Shown here one piece after another: positions 15,165 through 20,000 of a stretch of DNA of 20,000 bases. A program made the position numbers and the translations under genes. Positions within the stretch are counted from its first letter, which is position 1. Every line of letters begins with the position of its first letter. This DNA is from an uncultured virus (IMG/VR IMGVR_UViG_3300044731_002104) (taxonomy: Duplodnaviria > Heunggongvirae > Uroviricota > Caudoviricetes): IMG/VR virus record IMGVR_UViG_3300044731_002104. The stretch is one strand, 5' to 3'. The notes under the pieces were generated by a model that saw only the letters and a list, made by a program, of their open reading frames with translations, was not told the origin of the DNA and ran no database searches.

Positions 15165-16355
15165 ATGCTTTTCTACATTCAGCAGGTCGACATCGACAGG
15201 GTTTCCGGCATCCACGATGTGATCCTTGATGTCGCAACAATGGACGACCATTTGCGACTGGCGTCATTTCTGAATGACCAGCCACAGTTGGATGGAGCTT
15301 TTTCTGCGAATAAAGCTTCAATGTTGCGACTCTCCTATGCCCCTTCTGGCTACCACGGACTCAAGGAGGGATCATGGTACGACATTGATCTTGACGCATT
15401 TGTCGGCACGAGGTATCAGAGAACTAATCCTGATGACGCCAGCTCTTCCTTCTTACGCGCTAACTTGGTTGGCATACCGAGTAATGGCAATTACGCTCAG
15501 TTCTTGACCACGCCACGAGTGGCCAAAATACCGCAAAGTACTTTGGAGCTGGTTGTCGATCCAAATCCAACGGGTGACATCGAGTTGACAGTCATCGACT
15601 GTGGTCATGGAAACTGGAATGAGATCAAGACTTCTACAGATCGAGTGATTTATGATGTTGGCGCAAGTCGATGGTTCACGAAGGCAAAAGTACGGTCATT
15701 AGTGGCCGGACGGAAAATTGCGAGCGAAACCCGATCGATCAGTATCGTAGTCAGTCATTGGGATGTCGACCACTTTCATGCACTACTGGAGTTCGCTCCA
15801 GCGGAGCTCGCAAAGCTTCGGATTGTCTTCACCCCAAGCCAGATACCAGACACCGAAACCTACAAGCGGGTACTCAGGCTCTTGACCCAACATAGTGTCA
15901 CCTTGGCAGCGCAGCTACCAGCGGCCAGGTTAGGTACGTCGAGAGAAATCGTTCTGGAGCCGCTTTGGCAAAAGGGAGTCTTCACAATGTTCCGCGCTAC
16001 GCCAGGCCGTTCGCGAAACCAAACTGGGATTGTCTTAGGTGTTCGCGGGCAGCACGGAATTGCCCTCCTTACAGGTGATCACCACTACGATAAGGTGCTG
16101 GCTGCAGCTGGCAAAGTACCAACATTTATTGAACAGCCGTGTGTATTGGTAACGCCGCATCATGGTGGTTTGGCCGGAAAGCCGGTTGCGGCGGACTGGC
16201 TGGCAGTATTCCCAACCATGACAACACCTATTTCCTGTGGCAACAACTCGTATGGTCACCCGATGGCTGGCGTAGTGGTAGAGCTAAAGGCCATGCAAGG
16301 TGGCGTTGCCCCATGGCGTACCGATGTCAATGGAACATGGTCGAGGGTGCTTTAA
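15165..16355 (+). CDS. Metallo-beta-lactamase-fold hydrolase (ComEC/Rec2 C-terminal-like, putative nuclease) with a ~135-aa N-terminal domain
   Basis: IDCGHG, YDVG, SHWDVDHF (HxDxDH), LLTGD, PHHGG, SCG.NSYGHP and RTD.NG. No ComEC transmembrane domain. Confidence 0.85.
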   Translation: MLFYIQQVDIDRVSGIHDVILDVATMDDHLRLASFLNDQPQLDGAFSANKASMLRLSYAPSGYHGLKEGSWYDIDLDAFVGTRYQRTNPDDASSSFLRANLVGIPSNGNYAQFLTTPRVAKIPQSTLELVVDPNPTGDIELTVIDCGHGNWNEIKTSTDRVIYDVGASRWFTKAKVRSLVAGRKIASETRSISIVVSHWDVDHFHALLEFAPAELAKLRIVFTPSQIPDTETYKRVLRLLTQHSVTLAAQLPAARLGTSREIVLEPLWQKGVFTMFRATPGRSRNQTGIVLGVRGQHGIALLTGDHHYDKVLAAAGKVPTFIEQPCVLVTPHHGGLAGKPVAADWLAVFPTMTTPISCGNNSYGHPMAGVVVELKAMQGGVAPWRTDVNGTWSRVL

Positions 16356-16635
16356 CTTCGGATGGCCGTGATAGTTGCGCTTAACCTTACCCTCGTTCTC
16401 GAAAAGGCAAAGCAGTCGTTGGTGGACGACCGCAACTGGTTAAAGCGTTACTTGGGATTCCCATGCGGAACGGCAGTAATAGAGGCTTCTCCGTCAATCA
16501 AGCAAATCGCCACACCGACATTTTGATGGTCTGGAAAAGGCTGGTTGCCAACATCCAGTTTTTTTCTACGAGAGTCAGGAAAATCCGAACTCGGTCACTT
16601 GCCGATAGCCAAGACTCATGATCGGCGTACTTAGC

Positions 16636-17538
16636 TCATGCTGACCAGCCAAGATCTCGAATCACCAAGCCAACCGATTCCAGCGCAAACTCGTCATCAC
16701 CGATTTCAGGAGTCCGCAACCCGCGCGCTTGCTGCTCATTAGGCTTGCCACGCGCATGTAGCCTTGCAACGATATGAGCTGCGTTTGCTACGCAGAACAT
16801 TTCGTACGCCTCCATGCGCCTGGCCAGAGGACCCAAGTCGAGAGCGAGGGCAGCCTCCTCTTCTCGCCTGTTCTGGAGCAGCCATCGCGATAGCAGGACG
16901 GTCAGCGCTGCCCGACAATGGTCCACGACCGAAATGGGAGCCTCGCGAAATGCGGAATTCATTACTCGTTCGATGGCATCCGTCACTGCTGGCCGATGCT
17001 CCTGCGCAACTTGCCCATAGTCAACCGCAGGGATGATTGCGAAGGCAGATAGGGACTTGAGCGTCACCATCACAGATCCGTTAGCTAAGGCCTCGGTCTG
17101 AATGATGCGCCATGGGGATGCAGCTCGGGCATCTCCCAGGGCGAGCGTCATACCTTGGCCTTGATTAGGGAGAGCTAGGAGTGGGTGGCACGCTGTGAAG
17201 GTAAAGAGGGTCTTCGCGACTCGCCCCCCTGTGCCCACCTGCCGCATCATAGGGTCTTCGTAAGGATGGGGTCCGACTCGCTGCTGGTTGGGCTGTCCAT
17301 GGCCTGACTGAGGCTCGTAGAGCCGGCCACGCCGGGTTCGTGTCACTGGGTCAAAAGAGTCCTCGCGGAAGATCCACCGCAGCGGATCCAACGTCAACCC
17401 TCGCGGCAGATCCTGCCATTCAGCGTCGGCCTCGATCAGCTTAGCTTGGGTGACGCTGGGCGTCGGAATCGATGGAATGTCGGCGGCTCCCAACCCCTCA
17501 TAGACGAGCCCTGTGTTGTTGCATATGCCCAGATACAT
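16636..17538 (-). CDS. Hypothetical protein, 300 aa; helical C-terminus possibly HEPN/DUF4145-like
   Basis: Strong AGGAGG RBS (17543-17548), starting 21 nt after the ATPase stop. C-terminus S.VDHCRAALTVLL...DLG.L...IVARLHARGKPNE...EFALESVG.VIR resembles HEPN-like helical bundles. Confidence 0.7.
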   Translation of the reverse strand: MYLGICNNTGLVYEGLGAADIPSIPTPSVTQAKLIEADAEWQDLPRGLTLDPLRWIFREDSFDPVTRTRRGRLYEPQSGHGQPNQQRVGPHPYEDPMMRQVGTGGRVAKTLFTFTACHPLLALPNQGQGMTLALGDARAASPWRIIQTEALANGSVMVTLKSLSAFAIIPAVDYGQVAQEHRPAVTDAIERVMNSAFREAPISVVDHCRAALTVLLSRWLLQNRREEEAALALDLGPLARRMEAYEMFCVANAAHIVARLHARGKPNEQQARGLRTPEIGDDEFALESVGLVIRDLGWSA

Positions 17539-17559
17539 CGTACCTCCTGGTTGACGAGT

Positions 17560-19887
17560 TCATGCCCGCGTTGGGATTCCCTGCCTATTTCGTTTGTCTA
17601 CCGCTACGCGGAAAGTTTCAAGGCTTTCGATGTCTGCTGAGAGCTCTTCAGGATCCGGTAGCGGAAGACGTCCGACTGGGCTGGCCGCATCGTGCTCAAA
17701 CTTCGAGCTCTTCGACATGCCAGCATGGATCTGTTTGTAGTCATCGTCAGTCACTACGACGGCTTTCAGCTTTTGCGTGGAGACGCCCTCGCCAAAGCGT
17801 TGGACAACGCCATTGAACAAGACCTCTTCGACGCAACGCTCCCAGGCCAATCGCAGCCTTCCGTAGGCTGCATTCGTCAGCATTCGATGCCGGTCATCAT
17901 CTCCGTCTTTCTTTGCTAGCTGAGCTTCAACCTGCATTTGCCGCAATTGGCCCACCCGCGCCTTGGTTCCCTCTACATCGAACGGGAGGCTTTGGGAGTG
18001 GACGCCAAAGCCGTTAGCAGTCCTTCGGATGTAATGCTTGGCTAGTGATGCGCCAACTGCCTCTGCCTTCTGTTCCAAGATCGCCAGGAAATAGATGTCG
18101 TGAGTGAAGATGATCACCTGGCGGACTTTGGATTCCTGCGCGAGGCGCTCAGCCACCTCCCAGCGGCGGCGATGGTCAAGAGAGGAGACCGGGTCGTCCA
18201 AGACTATGCCTCCCTTACCCTTTCCTAGTTTGATTTCTGCCAAGAAGGATGCGATGGCAATGGCGCGTTGCTCGCCTTCGCTGAGGACTGCTGATGGCGC
18301 GCCACCACCTGGAAGCTGTAGCGTCAGCTTGAATTGAGTCTTGCCGCCCGGGGACTCAGGCTTCATCCCGACACACAGCTCATGGACTTTGAGGCAACGA
18401 AGCTCTGTATTGAGTGCGTCAGCGAGTTCTTGGCTGGCCATAGTCCGTGAAAGCTCGGTGGATTTGCGAGATATTGCGCGCGTATCCATTGCGTCGATGC
18501 ACGCCTGTAGCTTAGCGCAAAGATCGTGTTTGGTAATTGTGTCGAGTACTGCTGCCTTGACTTCGGTAAGGCGCTTACGTGCATCCAACTCCAGCTTTTC
18601 CTGCACCATGGCGGCCTTAGCCTTCTCATCAGCGGTTGCCTCAAGCGCGTTGGCATGCTCGATTAGCCTTGCAGCATGTACCTCGAGCTTGCCGCGAGGA
18701 TCATCGGCGATAGGCTGAATCTGCTCCCAAGCAAGCTTTCCAGCGGAGGCCTCCATAGTCTGTCGCTGACGGTTGATCAGGCAGGTTTGCAGCGCTGAGC
18801 ATTGATCGGCAAGGGCCGCATCAATCTCCTTTAACTCTTCGGCAAGGGCCGCTCCGATCAGCACGTTCAAATTTGCTGCCTGCAAATTCCTATAGGCTGC
18901 TTCGGCATCGACTCGAGCCTTCTTTGCCTGCGCTTCGGAATCTTGCTGGATGAACGCTTCGAAGCGAGACATCCGAGTTGAGCCTTCACTGCCTAAGACG
19001 TTTTGGCACAGTGGGCAGGATGCGCCATTGGGCAACTTGCCCATTTGGTGATCGGGGTGCGAAGTCCTTGCAAAAGCTCTGGCGGACTCGAACAGAGCCT
19101 TCCATTCCTCGCCACCTGTTCCGGGCAACTGCCCATCCTTTGCCTTGAAGTCGGTGGCTGCAAGATCGGCTGCTGCTTTGGCTGCTCTCGACCTGTCAAT
19201 CAGCTCCCGCAGGGCTGCGATCTTGGCGCTGTCGACCAGAGGTATTGCAAGGTCGAGGCGACCCTTCAGCTCTTGCAATCGCCCCGCCCGCTGCTTCAAT
19301 GCCTGAGCCTTCTGCTTGGGATCCGTCTCGGATAGGGTGTGCGTAAGCAGTTCTATTCGTGCGAGTTCAACCTCAGAAAACGTTGCGAGGGTTTCAATAT
19401 CAGTGGCTTTGGTTGCGCCAGGTATGGCAAGCAAGGCTCGTCCAACCGCTGTTTGCTGCGTTGCAATGGCTCCGTAAGCTGTATTTGTGGGAGCGTTGGC
19501 TGCCTTCTCTTGCGTGGCCAGGACCCTCAGCTTGTTGCAGAGTCCTACCAGGCCCTCCAGGATGTCTAGCCCATAAGGACGATAGGCAAAGTCGCCATGA
19601 TTGTCGATGTAGGCCCTGGCGCAATGGGTATCGAAAATGGCGATCTCGGATAACGGCTCAGGGGGAGTGCTGTCAACTGTCCACGCTAGTTCAGAGTTGA
19701 CACCATCGATGATCACGTCAAACTTTGCCGAGGGCTTCCCAGCCTTTGCAGGATCCATCTTCGCGTCAGGAAGGATAGCTTCGCGCTGATCGCGGGCGCG
19801 GCAGGCATGCTTGAGAATTCGTGAGTAACCTGACTTGCCGGCCCCATTCTCTCCATAGATGACTGTCAAGCCAGCGGAACGTGTCAA
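17560..19887 (-). CDS. SMC/Rad50-like ABC ATPase with zinc hook (RloC/AAA_13-like); apparently 5'-truncated
   Basis: Walker A GENGAGKS at residue ~11, central CPLC hook in coiled coils, LSEGE signature, IVLDDPVSSLD (Walker B/D-loop), FTHD H-loop and a helical C-terminal extension. TTG start without RBS; in-frame TGA at 19966-19968. Confidence 0.85.
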   Translation of the reverse strand: MTRSAGLTVIYGENGAGKSGYSRILKHACRARDQREAILPDAKMDPAKAGKPSAKFDVIIDGVNSELAWTVDSTPPEPLSEIAIFDTHCARAYIDNHGDFAYRPYGLDILEGLVGLCNKLRVLATQEKAANAPTNTAYGAIATQQTAVGRALLAIPGATKATDIETLATFSEVELARIELLTHTLSETDPKQKAQALKQRAGRLQELKGRLDLAIPLVDSAKIAALRELIDRSRAAKAAADLAATDFKAKDGQLPGTGGEEWKALFESARAFARTSHPDHQMGKLPNGASCPLCQNVLGSEGSTRMSRFEAFIQQDSEAQAKKARVDAEAAYRNLQAANLNVLIGAALAEELKEIDAALADQCSALQTCLINRQRQTMEASAGKLAWEQIQPIADDPRGKLEVHAARLIEHANALEATADEKAKAAMVQEKLELDARKRLTEVKAAVLDTITKHDLCAKLQACIDAMDTRAISRKSTELSRTMASQELADALNTELRCLKVHELCVGMKPESPGGKTQFKLTLQLPGGGAPSAVLSEGEQRAIAIASFLAEIKLGKGKGGIVLDDPVSSLDHRRRWEVAERLAQESKVRQVIIFTHDIYFLAILEQKAEAVGASLAKHYIRRTANGFGVHSQSLPFDVEGTKARVGQLRQMQVEAQLAKKDGDDDRHRMLTNAAYGRLRLAWERCVEEVLFNGVVQRFGEGVSTQKLKAVVVTDDDYKQIHAGMSKSSKFEHDAASPVGRLPLPDPEELSADIESLETFRVAVDKRNRQGIPTRA

Positions 19888-20000
19888 CCTGTTTTGAGCC
19901 AGTACTGTAAAAATTAAGTTGTTTTTCCGATCACTCTTTGCAGCGTCGGGAAGTTGACGCCCTTTTCAATGGTGGCCTGATCAGCATCGGTTGGCACTGG
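19875..20000. mobile_element. Possible insertion-sequence end interrupting the ATPase gene
   Basis: ATPase-like sequence stops just before Walker A. The adjoining DNA has TGTCAAC (TG...CA-type end, 19882-19888), and a minus-strand frame entering from outside the window (..EKGVNFPTLQRVIGKTT*) stops at 19914-19916. No transposase motif is visible. Confidence 0.35.

Noticed and set aside
19864..19887. Two TTGACA hexamers on the minus strand as -35 boxes
   Set aside because: Neither has a credible -10 element at 16-18 nt spacing, and both lie within the ATPase frame.
1..20000. CRISPR array, tRNA, rRNA or prophage att site
   Set aside because: No regularly spaced repeats, cloverleaf or rRNA-like sequence seen. 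An att core cannot be identified without the other prophage end.

Overview
The window has two parts. Positions 1-9836 (+ strand) are the distal late operon of a proteobacterial prophage: a partial FN3/LamG-like tail-tip protein, two more tail proteins, a tail fibre, and a complete lysis cassette (holin-like protein, GH73 endolysin, Rz with nested Rz1). Between the fibre and the holin is a translationally coupled six-gene block: an Ig-like unknown, three 2OG-Fe(II) oxygenases, a 69-aa protein and a radical SAM/SPASM enzyme. The fibre ends in an Asn-Cys repeat tail (14 Cys in the last 36 aa). The best candidate for a new system is therefore a phage-encoded, RiPP-like machinery that modifies the tail-fibre tip. 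Positions 9829-20000 are accessory cargo: a catalase-like/LodA-GoxA fusion oxidase with its LodB-like flavoprotein, a pseudogene missed by the ORF track, a small secreted Gly/Arg/Cys peptide, a ComEC-like MBL hydrolase, and a zinc-hook ABC ATPase plus partner gene (possible defence pair). The ATPase is 5'-truncated, possibly by an IS at the window edge. All calls come from reading motifs by eye; no searches were run.
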